Assembly: GCA_036960375.1 (NCBI GenBank)
Contig: JBALVY010000002.1
Coordinates: forward strand, 659,049-723,048
DNA: 64,000 nt
Reading direction: 5' to 3'
Source: Pseudomonadales bacterium
Lineage (GTDB): Bacteria > Pseudomonadota > Gammaproteobacteria > Pseudomonadales > CAWVSB01
Shown here: in pieces, positions 41,301 through 48,917 of the stretch
How positions within the stretch are numbered: position 1 is the first letter of the stretch
Layout: each line of letters starts with the position of its first letter
Position numbers and translations under genes: made by a program
Notes under the pieces: generated by a model
What the model saw: the letters and a program-made list of their open reading frames with translations, nothing else
Told to the model about the DNA's origin: nothing
Databases searched by the model: none

Positions 41301-41753
41301 TTACGGGTTTCTTTTTTGTGTCAAAAAGCTCACCTCAAGGGTAAATACTTTTTCGCCGTTTTGATTAAATACTTCACTGGTATTAGTGACAACGCCCAGC
41401 GCCGGTCTGGATGACGATTCTCTGACGCTTTGTATGGTGAACTTGGATTTTAGTACGTCGCCCGGTCGTACCGGTTGATGCCACTGCAAATGATTAAATC
41501 CCAGCGCGCTGACTGCCTTGATGTTTTTTTCTTTATCAATTTCCTTATGGCCCAGGCTGGTCCATATCGAAAATATATGCGCGGAGGAGGCCACTAAGCC
41601 GCCAAATATAGATTCTTTGGCGGCGACCGGGTCTATGTGAAAAGGCTGAGGGTCCCAGCGCTCACCGACTTCAATAATTTCTTCCTCAGTGACAAGATAT
41701 TCGTCATCAAAGATGGTTTCCTGTCCAACTTCCAGATCTTCCAAATAGCGCAT
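41301..41753 (-). CDS. MaoC-like hot-dog dehydratase
   Basis: MRYLEDLEVGQETIF...WDPQPFHIDPVAAKESIFGGLVASSAH.. (hydratase 2 motif region). ATG 41753 has AGGA 8 nt upstream. The track's longer N-terminus (MLRPPLYKQESL) is a translation of the flanking repeat. Confidence 0.85.
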   Translation of the reverse strand: MRYLEDLEVGQETIFDDEYLVTEEEIIEVGERWDPQPFHIDPVAAKESIFGGLVASSAHIFSIWTSLGHKEIDKEKNIKAVSALGFNHLQWHQPVRPGDVLKSKFTIQSVRESSSRPALGVVTNTSEVFNQNGEKVFTLEVSFLTQKRNP

Positions 41754-41770
41754 AAGTGATTCCTGTTTAT

Positions 41771-41885
41771 ACAATGGGGGACGGAGCAAAGCTGAAAAAC
41801 AATGAGGGACGGAGCACTAATTACACATGTTTCCGTGTAAATAGCGCTCCGTCCCTTATTGTTTTTATGCTCCGTCCCCCATTGT
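41771..41885. repeat. Nested triple hairpin made of four further copies of the 17-nt unit
   Basis: The outer stem 41771..41788 / 41868..41885 has 18 bp and is perfect. The middle stem 41795..41815 / 41846..41866 has 21 bp with one G.T. The inner stem is TTACAC / GTGTAA (41821..41826 / 41835..41840). Unit variants are ACAATGGGGGACGGAGC and ACAATGAGGGACGGAGC. Confidence 0.9.
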
Positions 41886-41890
41886 TTTGT

Positions 41891-43285
41891 CTAGAAGCCT
41901 GCTACGCCTGTTGGCCAGGCGGGGCTATTGCCTTCGGTTTGTCCGTGTTGGTCTACATAGGCGATGGCTTCTTCCATCATTGCCAGTCCATTACGTAATG
42001 TATCTTCATTCATATTGAGTGCGGGATACATACGAATAGTCACTTCGCGATCACTGATTGCCCACACGCCATTGTGTAACATACGGCTGCGCACGGCACG
42101 CGCGAACCACCAGTCATCCTGTTCTGTGTCTGGGCTCTTAAAGCTGACGCCTAGCAGAAGGCCGTTACCTCTGACTTCACCGACAATGTCAAAACGCTCC
42201 CAGCCTTTCATTATCTCGGCGGCTATCTCTCCCAGTTTGGCGGCATGTTCTATGACATTGTCTCTTTGGTAAATCTCCAGTGTTTTAATGCCTGCCGCGC
42301 AACCCGCGGGTGTGCCGGCAAAGGTTGAGCCGGAGGAAAACTTCAGGTTATTACCCAGGATTTCGTCTTTAGCTGCGATACCCGCGCAGGGCTCGATACC
42401 ACCGGACAGGTTTTTCCCTACTACCAGAATATCGGGGATAACATCGTAGTGTTCTACTGCCCACATCTTGCCTGTGCGACCAAGGCCGGTGAGTACTTCA
42501 TCGGCTATCATCAGCCAGTCATTTTTATCGCATAACTCGCGTATGCCCTGGAGGAATCGAACGGGTGGAATCCAGTTACCGCCTTCGGCGAGGCCGGGCT
42601 CAATGATGATTGCGGCAATATTGTCGCGCGGCACCACGCACTCGGGAATATGGTTGTCGAGATACCAAAGACAGTACTCCACATATTGATCTGATGACAT
42701 GCCGGCCGGTCGTTGGTCGCTATAGGGATAGGGTGCATGGATAACCCCGCCACTCCAGGCTTCGAGATAGCGTCGTCTTTCAGCGTCATAGCCGCCAATC
42801 AGTTTTGTGCCCAATCCTTCGCCGTGGAAGGCTGAGCCAAAAGCGATGATATAACGTCTTTCTGTGTAGGTGAGAGCCAGATGAATCGCGGCTTCTGCAG
42901 CCTCGGTGCCCGAGACTTCGTAGTTAAATCTTGGCAAAGCCTGACCTGGCATAATTTTGGCTAGTTGTTCTGCCAGCTCATAGCGTAAAGGGTGGTCATA
43001 GTGAAAACCGTAGCGTTTTTGTGCCTGGTGCACCGCCTCGATGATTTCCGGGTGCGCATTACCAATGGGGTTGGTTGCCCAGCCGTTTTGAAAATCAATA
43101 TAGCGCTTACCGTCAAGATCCCAGATATAGTCGCCTTCGGCGCGATCAACAATAATTTGGTTTGCGTTACGAAAGCCGCGCCGCGAAGCCTTTTGCTGCT
43201 CTTCTTCAAAACGTAAGCCGTTACGGAATAGCGGAATACCTTTTTCCAGTTGCGCTTTGGTTTTTGGCCCTAGTTCAAAACTCAT
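41891..43285 (-). CDS. Class-III (omega-type) pyridoxal-phosphate aminotransferase
   Basis: 464 aa with blocks SGTEAAEAAIHLA and IADEVLTGLGRTGKMWAVEHY, typical of the family. Confidence 0.9.
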   Translation of the reverse strand: MSFELGPKTKAQLEKGIPLFRNGLRFEEEQQKASRRGFRNANQIIVDRAEGDYIWDLDGKRYIDFQNGWATNPIGNAHPEIIEAVHQAQKRYGFHYDHPLRYELAEQLAKIMPGQALPRFNYEVSGTEAAEAAIHLALTYTERRYIIAFGSAFHGEGLGTKLIGGYDAERRRYLEAWSGGVIHAPYPYSDQRPAGMSSDQYVEYCLWYLDNHIPECVVPRDNIAAIIIEPGLAEGGNWIPPVRFLQGIRELCDKNDWLMIADEVLTGLGRTGKMWAVEHYDVIPDILVVGKNLSGGIEPCAGIAAKDEILGNNLKFSSGSTFAGTPAGCAAGIKTLEIYQRDNVIEHAAKLGEIAAEIMKGWERFDIVGEVRGNGLLLGVSFKSPDTEQDDWWFARAVRSRMLHNGVWAISDREVTIRMYPALNMNEDTLRNGLAMMEEAIAYVDQHGQTEGNSPAWPTGVAGF

Positions 43286-43351
43286 GTCCTGTCCTCTATT
43301 ATTCTAAGTTTGACACTGCTTAGTTTAGGCGCAAAACAGCGCTTTGTCCCG

Positions 43352-43367
43352 TTACCCTATAGGGTAA
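43352..43367. promoter_or_regulatory. 16-bp perfect palindrome TTACCCTATAGGGTAA in a divergent promoter region
   Basis: It lies between the aminotransferase start (43285) and the MATE start (43427) and is a candidate operator. No cognate regulator could be assigned. Confidence 0.4.
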
Positions 43368-43426
43368 GTTTAACTGTACAGGGGTTATGCTAATATTGGC
43401 GCCCGGAAAATGGTTTTGAGCCTAAT

Positions 43427-44764
43427 ATGACTACCAGTACCGACCCCCTGACAGCCCCTATAACGTCGATATTTCTGCGCTATACGATTCCGGGTACCCT
43501 GGGTCTGCTGGCTGTTTCTTCGGCCGGGGTGATTGACGGCGCTTTTGTAGGTAACTATGTCGGTTCAGACGCACTGGCGGCAGTAAACTTCTCAATGCCA
43601 GTGATCTCGCTGGTCATTGGTATTGCCTATATGCTGGCCATTGGCGGCTCGGTGATTGCAGGAAAACAGCTGGGAGAGGGTGATGCCAAGGGAGCAAACC
43701 AAACCTTCAATGCGTTGTTGTTTGGTTCCTTGTTTGCTGGTGTGACAGTCTCTGGTCTTGGCTTGTTGGCGCTTAATCCGTTGGTTTTCTCACTTGGCGT
43801 TAGCGGTGATACCACAGAGCTTGTGAGCATCTACCTGGAGCTTTTTCTGTACTTTGTTCCGGTTATTATTGTTGCCGTCGTATTGGGGTATTTTGTTCGC
43901 ATTGACGATCAACCATTGCTTGCATCCGGCGCATTAATAATCGGAGCTGTAGCAAACGTCATATTTGATTGGATCTTTATTGTCGAGCTCGAATTTGGTT
44001 TGGCTGGGGCCGCCTGGGGTACGGGTTTAGCAGAGTTGGTCACATTGTTGGTAGTGTGTGTTCACTTCTTCAGAAAAGAGTGTAAGTTAACTATTGCCTG
44101 GGTGGGCGCAAATTGGAGCGTCTTGCCCAGGGCATGTATCAACGGTTCATCTGACTTTATTAACGATCTGTCTGCCGGCATCACAGTGCTTATTTTTAAC
44201 TGGGCCATTATGACCCGGTTGGGTGTCGACGGCGTGGCCGCATTCGCCATTATTAACTACATTCTCTATATGGGTATTATGGTGTGTTACGGCATAAGTG
44301 ACTCTGTGCAGCCGCTTATCAGTAAGAACTTTGGTGCAGGTCATTTCGGACGAATGCGAGCACTGATGAGAACGTCCATGGGTACCGTATTTGGTATGGG
44401 CTTGGCGATTATTGCGCTGCTGTGGTTTGCTCCAACTCAAATTATCAAAATATTCCTGGATACCGATAATGCCGGCACCGCGGCTCTAGCGATGGATTTC
44501 ATTGTGTTTGTCTGGCCAGCATTTTTGTTTATTGGAGTTAATCTTAGTTGGTCGGCGTATTTAACAGCCATTCATAAACCCATTCCATCGGCCATTATAG
44601 CCACTCTCCGAAGTTTGGCATTCCCCGCATTGTTGTTACTAACGCTGCCACGATTGTTCGGGGATCCTGGTATTTATATGGCGATACCGGTCAGTGAGTT
44701 TCTGTGTTTTATCGTCGCATTCTATTTCTGGATGAAATATCGACCGAGTCAATTGGTGCCATAA
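43427..44764 (+). CDS. MATE-family efflux transporter
   Basis: 445 aa with about 12 hydrophobic segments and a two-fold internal repeat. The N-terminal region is typical of NorM/DinF-like proteins. Confidence 0.85.
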   Translation: MTTSTDPLTAPITSIFLRYTIPGTLGLLAVSSAGVIDGAFVGNYVGSDALAAVNFSMPVISLVIGIAYMLAIGGSVIAGKQLGEGDAKGANQTFNALLFGSLFAGVTVSGLGLLALNPLVFSLGVSGDTTELVSIYLELFLYFVPVIIVAVVLGYFVRIDDQPLLASGALIIGAVANVIFDWIFIVELEFGLAGAAWGTGLAELVTLLVVCVHFFRKECKLTIAWVGANWSVLPRACINGSSDFINDLSAGITVLIFNWAIMTRLGVDGVAAFAIINYILYMGIMVCYGISDSVQPLISKNFGAGHFGRMRALMRTSMGTVFGMGLAIIALLWFAPTQIIKIFLDTDNAGTAALAMDFIVFVWPAFLFIGVNLSWSAYLTAIHKPIPSAIIATLRSLAFPALLLLTLPRLFGDPGIYMAIPVSEFLCFIVAFYFWMKYRPSQLVP

Positions 44765-44829
44765 AATACAGCATTAAGTGACTTAAAACGCTATATGTCG
44801 AATCATTATGGCACGGCATATCCGTCTCT

Positions 44830-45213
44830 CTAATCCGGCCCGCAAGGATACGCATTTTGCAGTGCAGACATAACCAGAAAAATATCATTTAGCTGCAGCA
44901 TAGAACTGTTGTCAGACAAGTAATCTTTAACAATACGTACCAACTCCCTGTTAGCTACGCCTTGCTCGGGAAAACATACCTCCATGCTCTTGGGTAGATC
45001 GTCCTTGAAGGTGGTTAAAAAGGCACTCGCCGTAGAGAGCACACCTACACAGTAGCCGGCCCCAATTTCGCCAATGAGTTCTTTTGTTTGATAATAGTCC
45101 GATGCTTTTTTACAGGCATCTAATAAATCATAGCCATTAGGTCGCGGCTCAGCCGAAAATACAGAGGAAGAGAGAAATAGCAGAGCGATGAGCCAAAAAT
45201 GCGGTTTCTTCAT
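44830..45213 (-). CDS. Small periplasmic protein with a Rap1a/Tai4-like (T6SS immunity-type) Cys pattern
   Basis: Signal peptide MKKPHFWLIALLFLSSSVFSA. It then reads GYDLLDAC...GYCVGVL...VCFPEQGVANRELVRIVKDYLSDN...LVMSALQNAYPC. The four-Cys spacing and the CxP..V....L...V..YL.......AL...PC block match my memory of the Rap1a family. Confidence 0.5.
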   Translation of the reverse strand: MKKPHFWLIALLFLSSSVFSAEPRPNGYDLLDACKKASDYYQTKELIGEIGAGYCVGVLSTASAFLTTFKDDLPKSMEVCFPEQGVANRELVRIVKDYLSDNSSMLQLNDIFLVMSALQNAYPCGPD

Positions 45214-45219
45214 GACAGC

Positions 45220-45399
45220 TTAACTTTCCGCTTGGTTTGGTCGTGGCTTGGCAAAAAACACAAATGGAATGGCAAGCGGTCCAAAGGCGATGGCCACAAA
45301 TATCCAGAAGGGAATACTAGCACCCCGTTTGCTGGCAACCAGGTAACAGATAATGCTGGATACCAGTGCGAGGATCAAATAGGCATATGCAACGTTCAC
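45220..45399 (-). CDS. Unannotated 59-aa two-helix membrane protein
   Basis: It is below the track's size cutoff. Hand translation from GTG 45399 gives MNVAYAYLILALVSSIICYLVASKRGASIPFWIFVAIAFGPLAIPFVFFAKPRPNQAES. AAGGA lies 8 nt upstream, directly after the upstream gene's stop. Its own stop is 6 nt before the next ATG. Confidence 0.5.
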   Translation of the reverse strand: MNVAYAYLILALVSSIICYLVASKRGASIPFWIFVAIAFGPLAIPFVFFAKPRPNQAES

Positions 45400-45409
45400 G
45401 TTAATGTCC

Positions 45410-46468
45410 TTATTTATTGTTTTTTAAACTGCGAAGTAGATCTTTCACCAGAAACAGCGGGTGGCCATTCATAGAGGTATTGCACAGTATGGTGATTATA
45501 ACAGCGCGACCGTAAAAGTCCGGATAGTAAGCAGACCAACTGTTAAACCCCGGACCGTCACCGCCATGCCCATAAGAGCCACCAAAGTCACATTGCGGAT
45601 CTATCATCAAGCCCAGACCGTAACTGGGTTTAATAAAGTGCGGCCCCGCGTATTGGTTGATAGGTATAGCATCCGTCATTAATGCCAACGATTCCTTGCT
45701 GACTAGATTGCTGGTAAACAAGGCTTGATAGAATCGAGTAACGTCCATTGCAGTGGAAGCAATCAAGCCTGTCTTACACCACCAAGGGTTATAGTCACCC
45801 GTGATGTCCTCAAGCAGCTGTTCCGTATTGGTATCTCTGGAATAGCCCCTGGTGAGCTTACTCTTATCGATGTCTTGCGCCACAAAGGTATGCCGTAAGC
45901 CAATTTGATCAATGATATATCGATCAATACATTGGCCATATGACTCACCCGTGACTTTTTCAATAAGCAGTAATAGCAACATATACCCCGTATTGGAGTA
46001 ATGCCATTTTTCACCAGCAGGGAAGTCCATCTCTCCCTGTAGCGTGAGATCAATAAGCTTCTCGAAAGACCAAGGCTGAGAAGGAGAGCTCAGCACCGCC
46101 TGAGCATAGCCCGCCAATTCCGTATAATTTGGAACGCCACTGGTATGGTTCAGTAAATGCCTGATGCTGATGTTGTCAGCTAAAGCGGTTTCAGGAAAGT
46201 GCTCACAGATAGCATCATCAAGTGATATTAGCCCCTCTTCAATCAGCCGCATTACGACAACAGCAGTAAAGGTTTTGGTGATGCTATAAATATAGAAACA
46301 CTCACCACTGGCCAGCTTTTCCTCAGAATTTGGCTCAGCATAACCGCTGGCTGAATCCCAGTAGCCATGGCGTGCATCATATATAGCAACGTTAGCGCCA
46401 AGACAGGGCGCGAAGTTTTGCCAGTATTGTAATGTGGCTTCTAATTCAAGAGAGAGTGGGTGAGTCAC
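45410..46468 (-). CDS. Serine hydrolase of the beta-lactamase/DD-peptidase (class C-like) family, no signal peptide
   Basis: SxxK motif YSITKTF, YxN motif YSNTGY, and HGG third motif SYGHGGDGPG. GTG start at 46468. Confidence 0.85.
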   Translation of the reverse strand: MTHPLSLELEATLQYWQNFAPCLGANVAIYDARHGYWDSASGYAEPNSEEKLASGECFYIYSITKTFTAVVVMRLIEEGLISLDDAICEHFPETALADNISIRHLLNHTSGVPNYTELAGYAQAVLSSPSQPWSFEKLIDLTLQGEMDFPAGEKWHYSNTGYMLLLLLIEKVTGESYGQCIDRYIIDQIGLRHTFVAQDIDKSKLTRGYSRDTNTEQLLEDITGDYNPWWCKTGLIASTAMDVTRFYQALFTSNLVSKESLALMTDAIPINQYAGPHFIKPSYGLGLMIDPQCDFGGSYGHGGDGPGFNSWSAYYPDFYGRAVIITILCNTSMNGHPLFLVKDLLRSLKNNK

Positions 46469-46696
46469 CGAGAACCTGTTTTCCGAAATGCCAGACGAAT
46501 AGATTAGGTGAATTTCAGCGCAAGGTCACTTCTTATCTCGGTTGGATTGTGACGAGCTATATGTGGGTCACATAACAGAGGTCGGCTGCCAGCGTCCTGC
46601 CTCCTGAGCGCGTTCAAATCAGGCTATATATGAAAGTATTCCAATCAAAATAATTATGGGGGTAACCGTCAAGATATCAGTTGAGCTAAGTTGCCA

Positions 46697-46863
46697 GGTT
46701 TGTGGACGTCCTGTCCTCGGGGAACAATCAGATCGCGCTTAAGCCAGCCTGCTTTGGAGGGGATTTCAGCTAAAGTATGTCTGAGCGCTTGCGCGAGTTC
46801 TTTAGCTGCCGGAAAAGTAGGAAGGCTTGCGATCGTTCCCCGAGGACAGGACGTCCACAAACC
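46697..46863. repeat. 167-nt quasi-palindromic element with 29-bp perfect terminal inverted repeats (MITE-like or structured RNA)
   Basis: GGTTTGTGGACGTCCTGTCCTCGGGGAAC at 46697..46725 is the exact reverse complement of 46835..46863. Further pairing comes from GATCGC/GCGATC (46731..46736 / 46829..46834) and CAGCTAAAG/CTTTAGCTG (46767..46775 / 46800..46808). Confidence 0.85.
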
Positions 46864-46900
46864 GGAGCCCCAACCACATACCAGGTATCTAATAAAACGA

Positions 46901-48073
46901 CTACCTATGCCGAGGCATCCCCAACCCATGAGTAGCTACAAGCCCCCGCAGAACTTCAACCACACCACCACCAAAGGTATTAATCAAAGCACGACGATAT
47001 TCATGCTCCAAGTCGCCATTGAGAACTACACCCGGGCTACCAGGGCGAATCAAAGCGTTGGGTCCGATGATGTCCATCAGCAAACGGCAAATTTCCAATA
47101 AGATTTCAGTAGAGTAAACCTTGATGGCAGAAGGGAAAACCGGATTCATTTCCTGGTTGTCCAATTCCCAACCCATGCGCGCATTCATTACCCTCATTGC
47201 TTCCAAGTGAGAGTAAACCTCAGCGAGATTGCGCTGCACATTAGGATCATCAATCACACGCAGACCATTAGAGCCCTTGGTCTCACGCGCCCATTCAAGA
47301 GTATGCTTGAACAATTTCCAACCATGAATTCCCCAGGCCGCAAGACCCACACGCTCATGGTTTAGCTGCGAAGTGATCAAGCGCCAGCCTCCGTTTTCCT
47401 TACCGATGATCATATCCGCAGGAACACGGACATCAGTGTAGTACGAGACATTGGTGCGTACACTGCCCACGGTTTCAATCGGGCCATAAGAAAAGCCAGG
47501 GTCTTTAGTGTCTACTACCAGAATGGAAATGCCTTTATGCTTGGGCACCTCCGTGTCCGTACGTGCAGCCAGAAAAACATAGTCAGCCGCTTCTGCAGCA
47601 CTAGTGAATAGCTTATTACCATTAACAATATATTCGTCATCGTGTTTGACAGCAGTTGTTCTTAAAGACGCCAGGTCGGTACCAGCGGCTGATTCGGTAT
47701 AGCCAATACAGAAATGTGTTTCGCCAGCAGCAATACCGGGCAAAAAACGTTTTTTCTGTTCTTCGGTGCCGTGAGCAATAATGGCAGGGCCGACCGTATT
47801 GAGCGTCACAAACGGAGTAGGCGCGCCGGCTAATAAGGCTTCTTCAAAGCGGATCAGTTGCTCGGATGAGGTGAGACCACGGCCACCGTACTCTTTGGGC
47901 CAGCCTACGGCCAACATGCCATCTTTACCCTGCTGACGAATGAGCTGTTTATACAGATCGCCACCCTCGGCTTCACGCAGGTCCTCACGATACTCAGGTT
48001 TAATCAGGTCGCTGAAGTACTCGCGCATCTCTTTACGAAGGGCTTTTTGGCTGTCGGTGTAATCTACAAACAT
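46901..48073 (-). CDS. Acyl-CoA dehydrogenase
   Basis: ACAD fold blocks ..GWPKEYGGRG.., ..GYTESAAGTDLA.. and the C-terminal ..NTFGGGVVEVLRGLVATHGLGMP. The track start 48082 is TTG. ATG 48073 (MFVDYTDSQKALRKEM) has AGGA upstream. Confidence 0.9.
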   Translation of the reverse strand: MFVDYTDSQKALRKEMREYFSDLIKPEYREDLREAEGGDLYKQLIRQQGKDGMLAVGWPKEYGGRGLTSSEQLIRFEEALLAGAPTPFVTLNTVGPAIIAHGTEEQKKRFLPGIAAGETHFCIGYTESAAGTDLASLRTTAVKHDDEYIVNGNKLFTSAAEAADYVFLAARTDTEVPKHKGISILVVDTKDPGFSYGPIETVGSVRTNVSYYTDVRVPADMIIGKENGGWRLITSQLNHERVGLAAWGIHGWKLFKHTLEWARETKGSNGLRVIDDPNVQRNLAEVYSHLEAMRVMNARMGWELDNQEMNPVFPSAIKVYSTEILLEICRLLMDIIGPNALIRPGSPGVVLNGDLEHEYRRALINTFGGGVVEVLRGLVATHGLGMPRHR

Positions 48074-48126
48074 GTATTGCAATCCTGTTGGCTAAGGGCT
48101 CAACTAAAAATAATATCACTATAATA

Positions 48127-48148
48127 TTGATTTTGAATTCAAATTCAA
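48127..48148. promoter_or_regulatory. 22-bp near-perfect palindrome centred on GAATTC; candidate TetR operator
   Basis: TTGATTTTGAATTCAAATTCAA, with 10 of 11 half-site positions complementary. It lies in the 127-bp divergent region between the ACAD gene and the TetR gene. Confidence 0.45.
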
Positions 48149-48200
48149 CTATTTTTGTCTCCTGTAATGAAAACAACACCTTTTTAGCACTGGAATAGCG

Positions 48201-48905
48201 ATGTCATTGAGTACTGCTACAGACTACGACACCAGTCAAACCCGCAGCGCACGCGGGGCGAAGGCCCGTGCCAAACTGAAAAGTGCGGCCTTGAATGTGC
48301 TGGAGCGCGAGGGTTATCACCGAATGCGAATTTCCGATGTGACCCGCGAGGCTGGTGTGGCACAGGGGCTTTTTTACCATTATTTCAAAGACTTAAAGTC
48401 ACTAACGGTAGAAGTATTGAGTGATTTTGTGGCCGAAGCCTCCGATATGGAAGCCATCGAGAAGGATGTGCCCAAAGGCGATTGGTATGGGCTGATTTAC
48501 GCCCATAACCTGCTAATTGTTAATAGTTATGCCAAGCGGCCCGGTGTTATGCGCTGTTTATTACAAATGGCAGATGAAGATGCGTCTTTTTCTGCCATGT
48601 TGCGCGAGTCATACCGCGAGCAACTAATGTGGCTGGTAAGACGAATGCCAGGTTTGTTTCCAAAGGTAGATTTTAAAGAACACCAGGCTCTGATGTTAGC
48701 GTACTCGCTGGCAGGCAGCGGTGAGGCCCTTATGCGCGAATATTTTATCCATCGCACCGAGTCTATCCAAGTGTCCGGTCTGACGGTAGAAGAGCTGACT
48801 GAACTTTTGGCTACCATGTTTTATAGAGCGTTGTTCCTGGAGAACCCCCCTGCGGAGCAGCTGAATTACACTAAAAACCTGAGCAAAATGGTCAGGACTG
48901 ATTGA
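48201..48905 (+). CDS. TetR/AcrR-family transcriptional regulator
   Basis: N-terminal HTH ..GYHRMRISDVTREAGVAQGLFYHYFKDLKSL.., followed by a helical ligand-binding-type C-terminus. Confidence 0.9.
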   Translation: MSLSTATDYDTSQTRSARGAKARAKLKSAALNVLEREGYHRMRISDVTREAGVAQGLFYHYFKDLKSLTVEVLSDFVAEASDMEAIEKDVPKGDWYGLIYAHNLLIVNSYAKRPGVMRCLLQMADEDASFSAMLRESYREQLMWLVRRMPGLFPKVDFKEHQALMLAYSLAGSGEALMREYFIHRTESIQVSGLTVEELTELLATMFYRALFLENPPAEQLNYTKNLSKMVRTD

Positions 48906-48917
48906 GAAGAGAAAACC

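Noticed and set aside
41223-41888. Possible CRISPR array, given the multiple copies of a short repeat
   Set aside because: The copies occur as inverted pairs forming hairpins, not as evenly spaced direct repeats with unique spacers. No cas genes are present in the window.
41058-41998. Track ORFs starting with or containing MLRPPLY/MLRPPLF (41058..41243 minus, the N-terminal extension of 41301..41789, and 41756..41998 plus)
   Set aside because: The shared peptide is just the translation of the repeated unit GCTCCGTCCCCCATTGT. These are repeat-generated artefacts, not a peptide family.
45199-45474. 91-aa plus-strand ORF
   Set aside because: It is antisense to the better-supported 59-aa membrane-protein ORF and to the ends of both flanking minus-strand genes.
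46669-47101. Mirror-image ORFs 46669..46929 (minus) and 46691..47101 (plus), which share peptides such as WTSCPRGTI
   Set aside because: Both arise from reading the two arms of the 167-nt palindromic element. The plus ORF also runs antisense into the ACAD gene.
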